Assembly: GCA_030141605.1 (NCBI GenBank)
Contig: JAQGDQ010000304.1
Location: 1 to 64,000, forward strand
DNA length: 64,000 bases
Source: Tubiluchus corallicola
Taxonomy: Eukaryota > Animalia > Priapulida
Reading direction: 5' to 3'
The notes beneath the pieces are model-generated. The model did not search any database, was not told the origin of the DNA, and saw only the letters and a list, made by a program, of their open reading frames with translations. Positions 19,943 through 29,729 of this stretch are shown in pieces. The translations under genes were made by a program, and so were the position numbers. Numbering within the stretch: the stretch's first letter is position 1; every line of letters begins with the position of its first letter.

Positions 19943-21715
19943 ATGAGAGCAGATGTAGTAACATATAAGATAACGCTTGTTTTTATAGCCGGGCTTCTAA
20001 TGATGTCGTGTGGCACAACAAAGCAAAGTCTCAAGGTAAAAAGAGATACGCCCCCCCCTAAAGGGGTAGGAGAGCTGGATAGCGATAAGCAACGGGAGTT
20101 TGAGTATATATTTATAGAGGGACTAAAGCAGAAAGCACTGGGAAATACAGATTATGCCATACCTCTTTTTTCTAGCTGTATCGATATTGACCCCAACTCT
20201 TCTGCCGCACTGTACGAACTTGCCAGAATAAACACAGCAAAGGGAGATTTTACAAGCGCGATGATGCTGCTTGAAAAAGCAGTGAAGCTTAACCCCGGCA
20301 ACAAGTATTACCGACTACTCCTTGCAAAAATATACCTCCAGAATAATAAGTTTTATAAAGTTGCCGACCAATATGCAGAACTGGTGGAATTGTACCCCAA
20401 CAATATTGACTATAAGTTTACCTATGCATCTCTGCTGGTATCTCTTGGAGAGTATGATGAAGCCCTTAAAGTGTATGGTATCATTGAGAAAGAAACGGGA
20501 ATAAATGAGAGTTTATCAATCGCTATTCAGCAATTATACTCGCAAAAAGGAGACCCCCAAAAGGGTTACGCCGAACTTCAAAAACTTATTGACAGCGACC
20601 CCTCAAAGCCTCAATATTACTTACTGCTTGGAGACGCTTATATTGATGATAAAAAGATGAAAGAAGCCCTCGAAAGCTATAATAAGGCTATTGAGATTGA
20701 TTCAGATAACGGCTTTGGTCACATCTCGTTATTTAATTACTACCGTGAAAACGAGGATATGGATGAAGCATATATTCACCTGCAAAAAGCATGTGAAAGC
20801 GAAGCCTTGGAGCCGGAAATCAAATTACAGATATATGCATTAGTGACTCACTCCGACAACCGGATAATAACTGATGAGCAGGAAAAAAATTTACTTAAAA
20901 CACTTATTGAAGTTCATAGTCATGAAGAAAGCGTCAGAAGCGTGTATATTGCCTATCTGATAAAAAATACTCAGTATGAAGAGGCTCGCAATGAATTGCG
21001 ATTTATTATTAACATAAAAAAAGACAGCTACGCCTTCTGGGAACAACTGCTCCTGCTGAACCACCAATTGTCAGACTGGAAAGCAATAATTGCCGACAGC
21101 GAAGAGGCGATCAAATACTTTCCCTCTCAGCCTTTCCCCTACATATCCAAATCAATAGGACTACTCCAAAAAGAAAAATATAGAGAGGTGCTGGAAGTGT
21201 TGGAAAAAGGGATAGAACACTACACAGAAAATGACCCTAAAATACTGACCCAGTTTCATCTATACAAAGCTGAATCGCTGATAAAGCTGGAAATGAATGA
21301 AGATGCGTATAATATGTTCGAAAAAGCCATAAAAGAGGATCCTTTTAATTATATGGCCATGAACAACTATGCCTACTACCTATCTGAAAAAGGTGAAAGG
21401 CTTGACAGAGCTGAAAAATTAAGTGGACTAGTTATAAAAGATAATCCAAATAATGCTATATATTTAGATACCTACGCATGGGTACTGTTTAAGAAAAAAA
21501 ACTACAAGCTGGCAAAATTTTATATGGAGTTTGCAATATCCAACGGAGGAGAGAACAACCCAGTCCTTGTTGAGCACTATGGAGATATACTGTACTTCCT
21601 CAATGAAAAAGAGAAAGCGCTGGAAAACTGGAAACAAGCATTGGAAATGGGAAGTGAGTCAGCAGTGCTCAAGGAGAAAATAGCTAAGCAGACCTATATC
21701 GAAGATAATAAATAA
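19943..21715 (+). CDS. TPR-repeat lipoprotein
   Basis: LMMSC lipobox, many TPRs, NNYAYYL and YLDTYAW; conserved position after dut. Confidence 0.88.
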   Translation: MRADVVTYKITLVFIAGLLMMSCGTTKQSLKVKRDTPPPKGVGELDSDKQREFEYIFIEGLKQKALGNTDYAIPLFSSCIDIDPNSSAALYELARINTAKGDFTSAMMLLEKAVKLNPGNKYYRLLLAKIYLQNNKFYKVADQYAELVELYPNNIDYKFTYASLLVSLGEYDEALKVYGIIEKETGINESLSIAIQQLYSQKGDPQKGYAELQKLIDSDPSKPQYYLLLGDAYIDDKKMKEALESYNKAIEIDSDNGFGHISLFNYYRENEDMDEAYIHLQKACESEALEPEIKLQIYALVTHSDNRIITDEQEKNLLKTLIEVHSHEESVRSVYIAYLIKNTQYEEARNELRFIINIKKDSYAFWEQLLLLNHQLSDWKAIIADSEEAIKYFPSQPFPYISKSIGLLQKEKYREVLEVLEKGIEHYTENDPKILTQFHLYKAESLIKLEMNEDAYNMFEKAIKEDPFNYMAMNNYAYYLSEKGERLDRAEKLSGLVIKDNPNNAIYLDTYAWVLFKKKNYKLAKFYMEFAISNGGENNPVLVEHYGDILYFLNEKEKALENWKQALEMGSESAVLKEKIAKQTYIEDNK

Positions 21716-21736
21716 ATAAATAATTACCACCACAAT

Positions 21737-22606
21737 ATGACAGGACTGTTTCGCAAGATAATCACAGCCATACTTATTTCACTTACTATTTTCGCATGTA
21801 AAACAAAAAACATTGCTGTCTCTGAAGCCTCAAGGATAAGACATATGAGTACTCTTAAAATACTTAAAGAGGTAACAGCAAATGATATTGAGTACGAAAC
21901 CTTGAGCGTAAAAAAAATGGGGCTGTCTCTCAAGACAAAAGAGAGATCTCTCTCTGTAAGAGGCTCATATAAGATAAAACGTGATAGCACTATAATCATT
22001 AACGCGCAGAAAATAACCATCCCTGTAGGAAAAATTCAAATTACCCCAGGCAGATATCATGTAGTATCGCACATTGATAATACAGTGTACTCGGGAATAA
22101 TAGACTCTCTAGTCAACAAAATAGGGATGGAGCTGGATTTCAATCTGCTCCAATCAATATTAAGTAATCATATCTTTTCCCTGAAAAACAATCTGTCCGC
22201 CCATGATCTTCGTTATTATAACTCCTCTGTTGAAGATGGAATGTACAAGCTTGCATCAATAAAAGAGAGAAAATTTAAAAAAATCACAAAAAAAGAGGCA
22301 AAAAAGCAGGCAGTACCGGATAACACGGAGGGTAATCGCCTGGTCAAACATGAAATACTTATTGACCCCAAACTATTTGTTATAAGGAAAATGACACTTG
22401 AAGAGTCAGGCTCAGATAACTATACAACGCTGGAGTTTAATAAGTATCATACTTATGACAACTACGTATTTCCCGAAATCATTAAGCTTACCATAAGTGG
22501 GGGCAAAAGTGTTGAACTGACCATACAGTTATCAAAAGTACAAATAAATGAAGAAAAGAACTTCAACTTTAAAATTCCATCAAAATACGAAAGAAAGGAA
22601 TTTTAA
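21737..22606 (+). CDS. DUF4292-family lipoprotein
   Basis: IFAC lipobox, C-terminal FKIPSKY; synteny between the TPR gene and envC. Confidence 0.75.
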   Translation: MTGLFRKIITAILISLTIFACKTKNIAVSEASRIRHMSTLKILKEVTANDIEYETLSVKKMGLSLKTKERSLSVRGSYKIKRDSTIIINAQKITIPVGKIQITPGRYHVVSHIDNTVYSGIIDSLVNKIGMELDFNLLQSILSNHIFSLKNNLSAHDLRYYNSSVEDGMYKLASIKERKFKKITKKEAKKQAVPDNTEGNRLVKHEILIDPKLFVIRKMTLEESGSDNYTTLEFNKYHTYDNYVFPEIIKLTISGGKSVELTIQLSKVQINEEKNFNFKIPSKYERKEF

Positions 22607-22667
22607 ATACTTTTGTATAAAGATTAACCCGGCTTATAAAATCCAATAGCCCATTATTAACGATAAG

Positions 22668-23852
22668 ATGAGAGCATTTATAAACAAGGTAGCCTTTACA
22701 TTATTATTGGCCATAACTGCGCTTTCACTGGCCGGACAGTCTATCGATGAGCTGAGAAAGAAAAAGAAAAAGACAGAGGATGAAATTAAACGTACCAGTA
22801 AACTGTTTGAAGAGGCCAACAAGGGGGCTAAGGCTTCAATTAACAAATTGCTGCTTATAAATAAAAGTATTAAGCTTCAAAATAACCTGGTAGCAGACAT
22901 CAGTGAGGAGATAAGCTATTTGAATAACTCCATAAGTGAAAACAGGGAAAAAGTAAAAAAACTCTCATCAGATATTGAAGTAACAAAAGAGAATTACGCC
23001 GAAATGATAAGGTATGCCGCCAGAAATAATAGCGCAGATAATAAAATCCTTTTCATACTCTCTTCCGACAATTTCAACCAGGCTTACGAGCGTTTTATAT
23101 ACCTGAGGCAATACTCCGTATACAGAAGGCAACAGATAGAAAAGCTAGAAACACTTCAGGCCTCTATCAATGTAACCACAGAAGAGCTGGAAAGTATAAG
23201 AGAAGAGAAAGAAGCACTGCTACAGGAGAGAAAAAACGAAGAAAAAAAGCTGCTACAGCAAAAATCCAAGCAGAACAAGCACCACGCCAGTCTGAAAAAA
23301 CAGCAACGTGAGTTGGAGCGTAAGCTTAAAAAGCAAAACAGTGCCGCAGCAAAGCTACAGAGTGAAATAGAAAAACTGATTGCCGAAGAGAGAGAGAGAG
23401 AGAGTAAGAAGCTTATGCCTGAAGAGAAACTTATATCTGATGAATTTTCAAAAAATAAAGGACGATTTATATGCCCGGCAGAAGGTGGGCTTATAACAGG
23501 AAGGTATGGGGAGCATCCACACCCCGTACATAAGCATGTAAAAATCAGGAATAATGGTGTTGATATAACCGCAAACAGCGGTGCAAAAGCCAGAGCTGTA
23601 TTCAAAGGTAGAGTATCGAAAATAATAGATATTCCAGGAGGTAATATTTCAGTTATATTGAGACATGGAAACTACCTCACTGTCTACTCCAACCTCGCTA
23701 ACATAACAGTGAAAGTCGGGCAAAAGATTGATACAAAGCAGGTGCTGGGAGATATTTTTACAGACAGCAAAAATGGCGACACAATATTAAAATTCCAGGT
23801 GTGGAGAGAGAGTAAGAAAGAGAATCCTGAAAACTGGCTCGCAGAAGGATAA
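22668..23852 (+). CDS. envC: Murein hydrolase activator (EnvC-like; coiled coil plus degenerate M23 domain)
   Basis: Long coiled coil; LytM domain lacking the Zn ligands (NNGVD, YSNL, LKFQ). Confidence 0.8.
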   Translation: MRAFINKVAFTLLLAITALSLAGQSIDELRKKKKKTEDEIKRTSKLFEEANKGAKASINKLLLINKSIKLQNNLVADISEEISYLNNSISENREKVKKLSSDIEVTKENYAEMIRYAARNNSADNKILFILSSDNFNQAYERFIYLRQYSVYRRQQIEKLETLQASINVTTEELESIREEKEALLQERKNEEKKLLQQKSKQNKHHASLKKQQRELERKLKKQNSAAAKLQSEIEKLIAEERERESKKLMPEEKLISDEFSKNKGRFICPAEGGLITGRYGEHPHPVHKHVKIRNNGVDITANSGAKARAVFKGRVSKIIDIPGGNISVILRHGNYLTVYSNLANITVKVGQKIDTKQVLGDIFTDSKNGDTILKFQVWRESKKENPENWLAEG

Positions 23853-23912
23853 GGATAAAAATAAAAACAGAGCATAGTCTATTTTATACCTCCTCCAGGT
23901 TTTCGCATAAAC

Positions 23913-24054
23913 GGAACCTTTGCAAGGCAAAACTACATTGGTTTATGCTGAAAAATTCGATGGCAAACTGCTGTTTACCAGGTGTAAATGAATTTTCTAA
24001 AGAGAACTTTGACGAGAAACAACAAACAAAAGGCGAGCTCTTTGCTAAGGGGTT
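23913..24054 (+). mobile_element. MITE-like repeat family, copy F
   Basis: GGAACCTTTGCAAGG...TGAAAAATTCGATGGCAAACTGCTGTTTACCAGGTGTAAATG...AGAGAACTTTGACGA...TTTGCTAAGGGGTT. Confidence 0.75.
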
Positions 24055-24136
24055 GCCTTTTTAAATATATTAAGAATTGGGATAAGCTTTCGTCCAAATA
24101 GTTTTTATTCACTATTTTTCGAAACAATTACACCCC

Positions 24137-24277
24137 AGGATTTTTGCAGTGTGAAAGATCTTGGCTCATATTGAGGAAAGATTCGATGACAAACCATGGT
24201 TTACTGAGTGTAAACCACGGTTTTAAAGATAACTTCTGATGAAAATATTAATAATAAGATGAGTTTTACAAATGCCC
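24137..24277 (+). mobile_element. MITE-like repeat family, copy G
   Basis: TTGGCTCATATTGAGGAAAGATTCGATG; central hairpin AAACCATGGTTTAC-TGAGT-GTAAACCACGGTTT; AATAAGATGAGTTTTACAAATGCCC. Confidence 0.78.
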
Positions 24278-24294
24278 AATAACACTATCTGATA

Positions 24295-25296
24295 ATGACA
24301 TGTACTGCTAACAGTCCTATATCGTTGCTAACTGCCCTTTTATTAGGAATAGGTATCCTGACCGTTTCATGTGGGAGGGAAATGCAGCACAAAACATTAA
24401 AGCTGGCCCACAGCCTTGATCAAACCCACCCTGTACACAAAGGAATGGTGTTTATGGCAAAAAGAGTAAAGGAGAAGTCAGGAGGAAAGCTTGAAATCGA
24501 AATCTACCCTGGGGGGCAACTCGGTTCAGAGCAACAGTGTGTAGAACTATTACAGATCGGTAGCCTGACAATGACAAAAGTTTCATCTGCCGCAATGGAA
24601 AGTTTCTCAAAAAAATATAAAGTTTTTGGGTTACCATATCTATTCAGATCAAAAGAGCACATTTATAAAACCCTTGATGGAGATATTGGGAAAGAGATGC
24701 TTGTGGGAACAGAAAAGTACTGGATAAGAGGACTTTGTTACTACGATGCGGGATCGCGTAGCTTTTACACTATTAATAAGCCCATAAACACTCCCGACGA
24801 CCTGTCGGGCATGAAGATCAGAGTAATGAAAAGCATGACCGCTATGTCGATGATTAAATCCCTCGGCGGCTCACCCACTCCTATATCGTGGGGGGAACTT
24901 TATACAGCCCTCCAAAGTGGGGTTGTTGACGGAGCAGAAAATAACCCTCCAAGCTTCTACACCTCTCGCCACTATGAAGTTTGCAAGCATTTTTCACTTG
25001 ATGAGCATGCAAGTATACCCGATGTGCTGATAATAAGTAGCAGGGCATGGAAGCATTTAACCGACCAGGAGAAAATATGGCTGCAGGAAGCTGCCGACGA
25101 ATCGGTACCCGTACAGAGAAGATACTGGGCAGAATCAGAAAAAGAGTCCTTGGAAAAGGTGCAGGAAGCGGGTGTAAATATTTATTATCCTGACAAAGAA
25201 CCGTTTGTTAAAAAGGTTCAACCCCTGCTGGAGTCCTATCGCTCAGACAAGGAGATATACCCCCTGATTCAGAAGATTCAATCAGTTGAAGAATAG
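24295..25296 (+). CDS. dctP: TRAP transporter substrate-binding protein
   Basis: LKLAH, YPGGQLG, GMKIRV, WGELYTALQSGVVDGAENN. Confidence 0.92.
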   Translation: MTCTANSPISLLTALLLGIGILTVSCGREMQHKTLKLAHSLDQTHPVHKGMVFMAKRVKEKSGGKLEIEIYPGGQLGSEQQCVELLQIGSLTMTKVSSAAMESFSKKYKVFGLPYLFRSKEHIYKTLDGDIGKEMLVGTEKYWIRGLCYYDAGSRSFYTINKPINTPDDLSGMKIRVMKSMTAMSMIKSLGGSPTPISWGELYTALQSGVVDGAENNPPSFYTSRHYEVCKHFSLDEHASIPDVLIISSRAWKHLTDQEKIWLQEAADESVPVQRRYWAESEKESLEKVQEAGVNIYYPDKEPFVKKVQPLLESYRSDKEIYPLIQKIQSVEE

Positions 25297-25310
25297 AAAA
25301 ACTATACGTT

Positions 25311-25790
25311 ATGACAATACGGGAAAAAGTAGATAAAACACTTATTTTCGCACTTATATCACTCATGTGCATACTAGTTATTGATGTCCTTTGGCAGGTC
25401 TTTAGCCGGTATGTAGTGGGGGCACCAAGCTCCTTTACAGATGAACTTGCAGGATTTCTGCTGATATGGGTAGGACTACTGGGTGCCGCATACGTTGCAG
25501 GAGTAAAAGAGCATCTGGCCATCGACCTCCTTCTGCAAAAGTCACCTCCAGCAAGAAGGCAAAAACTTGAAATTCTGATAAATATAATAGTAAGCATATT
25601 TGCACTTTCAGTCATGTGCATTGGCGGAACATGGCTTGTATATACCCGTTTTTATCTCGAGGTATGCTCCGCCGCACTACGCCTGCCATTGGGATATGTA
25701 TACCTGGCTGTACCTATCAGCGGGCTTCTAATCATATATTATTGTTACGACAACACAAGAGAGATAAAAAAAAGAAACCAGGTAAATTAA
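25311..25790 (+). CDS. dctQ: TRAP transporter small permease
   Basis: QVFSRY, TDELA, HLAIDL; 4 TM helices. Confidence 0.9.
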   Translation: MTIREKVDKTLIFALISLMCILVIDVLWQVFSRYVVGAPSSFTDELAGFLLIWVGLLGAAYVAGVKEHLAIDLLLQKSPPARRQKLEILINIIVSIFALSVMCIGGTWLVYTRFYLEVCSAALRLPLGYVYLAVPISGLLIIYYCYDNTREIKKRNQVN

Positions 25791-25799
25791 CAATCTGCT

Positions 25800-27269
25800 A
25801 TGGATTACTTAGGAGTTATAGTTCTAATAATAAGCTTTATTTCATTACTAGCTATCGGTGTTCCCATCGCATTTAGCATTGGTATATCAGGAACGCTCAC
25901 CATGCTGGTTTCCATTGAAGCCATACCCGCTTTTACCACTTTCGCCCATCGAATGTCGACAGGGCTGGATAGTTTCGCCCTACTCGCCATTCCCTTTTTT
26001 ATCCTTGCCGGCAATATTATGAACAAAGGGGGTATCGCCATGCGGCTCATAGATTTTGCACGTGTAATTGTTGGCCGATGGCCGGCAGGCCTGGCATATG
26101 TCAATGTCGTAGCAAACATGCTATTTGGCGCAATATCCGGATCTGCTGCCGCATCGGCATCTGCTATTGGCAGTATTATGGCACCAGAAATGAAAAAAGA
26201 GGGGTATGATAGTAATTTTAGCGCTGCTGTAAACATTACATCAGCAACAACAGGACTCTCTATCCCACCCAGCAATGTACTTATTGTATACTCTCTGGCA
26301 AGTGGTGGAAGCTCTATTACAGCGCTGTTTCTTGCGGGTTATATCCCAGGTATCCTAACAGGAATATCAATTATGCTAATGGCAACAGCCATGCTGACAT
26401 ACAAATCCTCGGGCTTTTCAGGCGTAGGAAAACTTATTAGTAAAATGATGCTGGCCACTATTGTTCTGCTGGGTATAATCACTGGAATAAACTATATGAA
26501 TAAGATGTTAAGCCCTAACCTAGTCAGAAGCATATATTGGGGACTGGGGCTCATAGGGGCAGCAGGCCTGGTATTTTTAATACATAAAAGCAGGATGGTA
26601 TTAAAAGATGGTGTCAAAAAGTTTTTTAGGGCTTTCCCCAGCTTATTGATGCTTATCATAGTCATTGGGGGAATTGTTGGCGGTATATTTACTGCTACCG
26701 AGGCGTCAGCTATAGCTGTACTTTATGCTCTTATCCTCTCTCTGATATACCGTGAAATGAGCTTTAAAGATCTGCCCGGAGTATTGCTAAAATCAGTAAA
26801 AATAACAGCATTAGTACTCTTGTTGGTGGCTACCTGTATGGGGCTTTCGTGGATTATGGCTCACGAAAACATACCCCAAAATGTTAGTAGAGCACTTCTC
26901 TCAATGAGTGACAATAAGTTTGTAATACTACTAATAATCAACCTAATACTACTATTCGTGGGTGTTTTTATGGATATGACCCCTGCAATTCTGATCTTTA
27001 CCCCCATCTTTTTCCCAATTGTAACAGGCCTCGGACTTGACCCTATCCACTTTGGGATAATAATGGTGCTAAACCTTAGCGTAGGGCTGGGAACCCCTCC
27101 TGTCGGCTCTCTGATGTTTATAGGATGCAGTGTGAATAAAGTCAAGGTCGAAACCGTAATAAAACCACTATTGCCAATGTTTATTGCAATGGTTGTTGTA
27201 CTGATGCTAGTAACCTATGTACCTACACTATCAATGTGGCTGCCAAGAATACTGGGATTTACAGAATAG
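25800..27269 (+). CDS. dctM: TRAP transporter large permease
   Basis: LLAIPFFILAG, FGAISGSA, IPPS, GIFTATEA, TPPVG. Confidence 0.92.
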   Translation: MDYLGVIVLIISFISLLAIGVPIAFSIGISGTLTMLVSIEAIPAFTTFAHRMSTGLDSFALLAIPFFILAGNIMNKGGIAMRLIDFARVIVGRWPAGLAYVNVVANMLFGAISGSAAASASAIGSIMAPEMKKEGYDSNFSAAVNITSATTGLSIPPSNVLIVYSLASGGSSITALFLAGYIPGILTGISIMLMATAMLTYKSSGFSGVGKLISKMMLATIVLLGIITGINYMNKMLSPNLVRSIYWGLGLIGAAGLVFLIHKSRMVLKDGVKKFFRAFPSLLMLIIVIGGIVGGIFTATEASAIAVLYALILSLIYREMSFKDLPGVLLKSVKITALVLLLVATCMGLSWIMAHENIPQNVSRALLSMSDNKFVILLIINLILLFVGVFMDMTPAILIFTPIFFPIVTGLGLDPIHFGIIMVLNLSVGLGTPPVGSLMFIGCSVNKVKVETVIKPLLPMFIAMVVVLMLVTYVPTLSMWLPRILGFTE

Positions 27270-27325
27270 TTTGCAACCATGTATGAAAATAGGAGATAAG
27301 TCATAAAATAGATCGTCTACTTTCT

Positions 27326-27333
27326 TAACTTTG
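27326..27333 (+). promoter_or_regulatory. -7 promoter element upstream of the hydrogenase operon
   Basis: TAACTTTG followed by CA. Confidence 0.55.
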
Positions 27334-27345
27334 CATTAATGCTTT

Positions 27346-27396
27346 AAGGATTTTTGTAAGATAACAGATTTTGGTGCAGAATTGAGGAAAAATTGA
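27346..27396 (+). repeat. Left-half fragment of the MITE-like family (copy H)
   Basis: AAGGATTTTTGTAAG...ATTTTGGTGCAGAATTGAGGAAAAATTG. Confidence 0.55.
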
Positions 27397-27473
27397 AAGT
27401 CCCGGTCTGCTTTGCTTAGCTATTTACAGCAAATGGAAGTAATTAAATATTTATTTAACATACCAGTCAAGAG

Positions 27474-27836
27474 ATGGCAAGAATAAAAACACTAGATGAG
27501 CTCCGCAAAATACGCGACGAGATAGATGCAGCGGAGAAGAAAGTAAAAATAAAGGTAAGCATGGCAACATGTGGGATCGCCTCCGGCGCAAAACAAATAA
27601 TGCAGTATATGGCTGAAGAGACCAAGAAGCAGGGTATTGACGCTATAGTCTCACAAACAGGCTGTATGGGGTACTGCTACGCAGAGCCTACCATAAAAGT
27701 CTCCCTGCCAGGCAAAGAAACCACCATTTTTGGCTATGTGGAAAAAGAAAAAGCCAAAGAAATAATAGAAAAATACATAAAGCATGGCGAACTTGTCGAT
27801 AATATTATTCCTTTCAACTATAGAACTGTAAAGTAG
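27474..27836 (+). CDS. hndB: Hydrogenase thioredoxin-like ferredoxin subunit (HndB/HydD-like)
   Basis: MATCGIASGA and TGCMGYCYAEP. Confidence 0.82.
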   Translation: MARIKTLDELRKIRDEIDAAEKKVKIKVSMATCGIASGAKQIMQYMAEETKKQGIDAIVSQTGCMGYCYAEPTIKVSLPGKETTIFGYVEKEKAKEIIEKYIKHGELVDNIIPFNYRTVK

Positions 27837-27905
27837 CCTGCAAAATAACGCAGACAATAGTTTCAATTGCGCAAAACAAACTCTTTATCTATATAACAAG
27901 CCACG

Positions 27906-29696
27906 ATGAGTAACTATAAAAAACACATACTTGTTTGCAACGGTACCGGATGCCAATCACTTGAAGGGACAAAAGTGAAAAATAAACTGGTAGCCTCACT
28001 GGAAAAAAAAGGTATGAGTAAAAAGGTGCAGGTATCTTCAACTGAATGTTTTGGTTTTTGTGAAAACGGAACATTGGTGAAAATTCTCCCCGACAACACT
28101 GTCTATGTAAAAGTATCGCCATCAGATGCACACAGTATCATTGAAGACCACATTGTTAAAAATAAAAAAATCGAGCGCTTACTATACACTACCCCACAAG
28201 GGGAAGTTATTACAGAACCCGAACAGATGAATTTTTACAAGAAGCAGATCAGAATTGCGTTGAGAAACTGTGGAGTTATAGATCCTGAAAATATTGACGA
28301 ATACATTGCCCGCAACGGATATAACGCTCTCTCCAGATGTTTTGAAGAGATGACCCCCTCCAGTGTTATCAAAGCTATCAAAGACTCTGGATTACGTGGG
28401 CGTGGCGGCGCAGGTTTCCCTACAGGAATGAAGTGGGAGCTTACCAGGCGTGCTGAATCCGATCAAAAATATGTAGTGTGTAATGCTGACGAAGGCGACC
28501 CGGGAGCATTTATGGACCGATCAATCCTGGAGGGGGACCCACACTCAATTATCGAAGCAATGGCCATTTGTGGCTTCTGTATAGGATCAGATACCGGACT
28601 AATCTATATAAGAGCAGAGTATCCGCTAGCCATAAAGCGCCTTCAAACAGCGCTAGAACAGGCTCGTCAGTACGGGCTTATAGGTAAAAATATACTAGGA
28701 TCAGGCTTTGACTTCGACATAGCCCTGAGGTTCGGAGCAGGAGCATTTGTGTGTGGTGAAGAGACATCCCTTATACACTCTATGGAAGGGAAACGTGGAG
28801 AACCAACCGTTAAGCCCCCATTTCCATCTGAATCAGGATACCTTGGTAAACCCACCAACGTAAATAATGTTGAAACATATGCAAACATACCCACTATTCT
28901 CAATATGGGTGCCGAGAAGTTTAGTGCCATTGGTACTGAGAAATCTAAAGGGACAAAAGTTTTCGCGCTTGCTGGAAAAATCAACAACGTGGGACTTATA
29001 GAGGTACCTATGGGCACCACACTGCGCGAAATTATATACGACATAGGTGGGGGAATTAAAGATGGTAAAGAGTTTAAGGCCGTTCAAACAGGAGGCCCTT
29101 CCGGTGGATGCCTGACTAAAGATTTTCTGGACACACCTATCGATTACGAAAGTCTTACTGCAGCCGGCTCTATGATGGGCTCAGGAGGAATGATAGTAAT
29201 GGATGAAAGCGACTGTATGGTATCTATCGCACGATTTTATCTTGAGTTTACATTAGATGAGTCATGTGGAAAGTGTACTCCATGCAGAATAGGAAACAAG
29301 CGCCTCTGGGAAATACTCAATACCATATCAAAAGGGAATGGTACCAAAGAGGACTTAAAACGCCTCTACTCGCTTGGAGGAGTTATTAAAGATGCTTCAC
29401 TGTGCGGGCTTGGGCAAACAGCCCCCAACCCGGTAATATCAACACTTGAAAACTTCTGGGACGAGTATAAGCAACATATTGTTGATAAGCGCTGCCCCGC
29501 CAAACAGTGTAAAGAGATGTTGCAGTACATTATAAGCCATAATGACTGTACAGGTTGTACACTGTGTGCCAGGATTTGTCCGGCAAATGCCATTACAGGC
29601 GAAAGAAAAGCTGCCCACACTATTGATCAGAGCACCTGTATAAAATGTGGTGCATGTGTAGAAAAATGCAAATTTGATGCTATCAATGTGTCTTAG
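27906..29696 (+). CDS. hndC: Hydrogenase diaphorase subunit (HndC/HydB, NuoF-like)
   Basis: SGLRGRGGAGFPTG, CNADEGDPGAFMDR, GAGAFVCGEET, GGPSGG, SCGKCTPCR, two C-terminal 4Fe-4S motifs. Confidence 0.9.
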   Translation: MSNYKKHILVCNGTGCQSLEGTKVKNKLVASLEKKGMSKKVQVSSTECFGFCENGTLVKILPDNTVYVKVSPSDAHSIIEDHIVKNKKIERLLYTTPQGEVITEPEQMNFYKKQIRIALRNCGVIDPENIDEYIARNGYNALSRCFEEMTPSSVIKAIKDSGLRGRGGAGFPTGMKWELTRRAESDQKYVVCNADEGDPGAFMDRSILEGDPHSIIEAMAICGFCIGSDTGLIYIRAEYPLAIKRLQTALEQARQYGLIGKNILGSGFDFDIALRFGAGAFVCGEETSLIHSMEGKRGEPTVKPPFPSESGYLGKPTNVNNVETYANIPTILNMGAEKFSAIGTEKSKGTKVFALAGKINNVGLIEVPMGTTLREIIYDIGGGIKDGKEFKAVQTGGPSGGCLTKDFLDTPIDYESLTAAGSMMGSGGMIVMDESDCMVSIARFYLEFTLDESCGKCTPCRIGNKRLWEILNTISKGNGTKEDLKRLYSLGGVIKDASLCGLGQTAPNPVISTLENFWDEYKQHIVDKRCPAKQCKEMLQYIISHNDCTGCTLCARICPANAITGERKAAHTIDQSTCIKCGACVEKCKFDAINVS

Positions 29697-29729
29697 TTAC
29701 AGACTTATAATATTATAAACAACTTTAAA

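Noticed and set aside
19354-23852. dut-TPR-DUF4292-envC cluster as a novel system
   Set aside because: Commonly conserved gene order in Bacteroidota.
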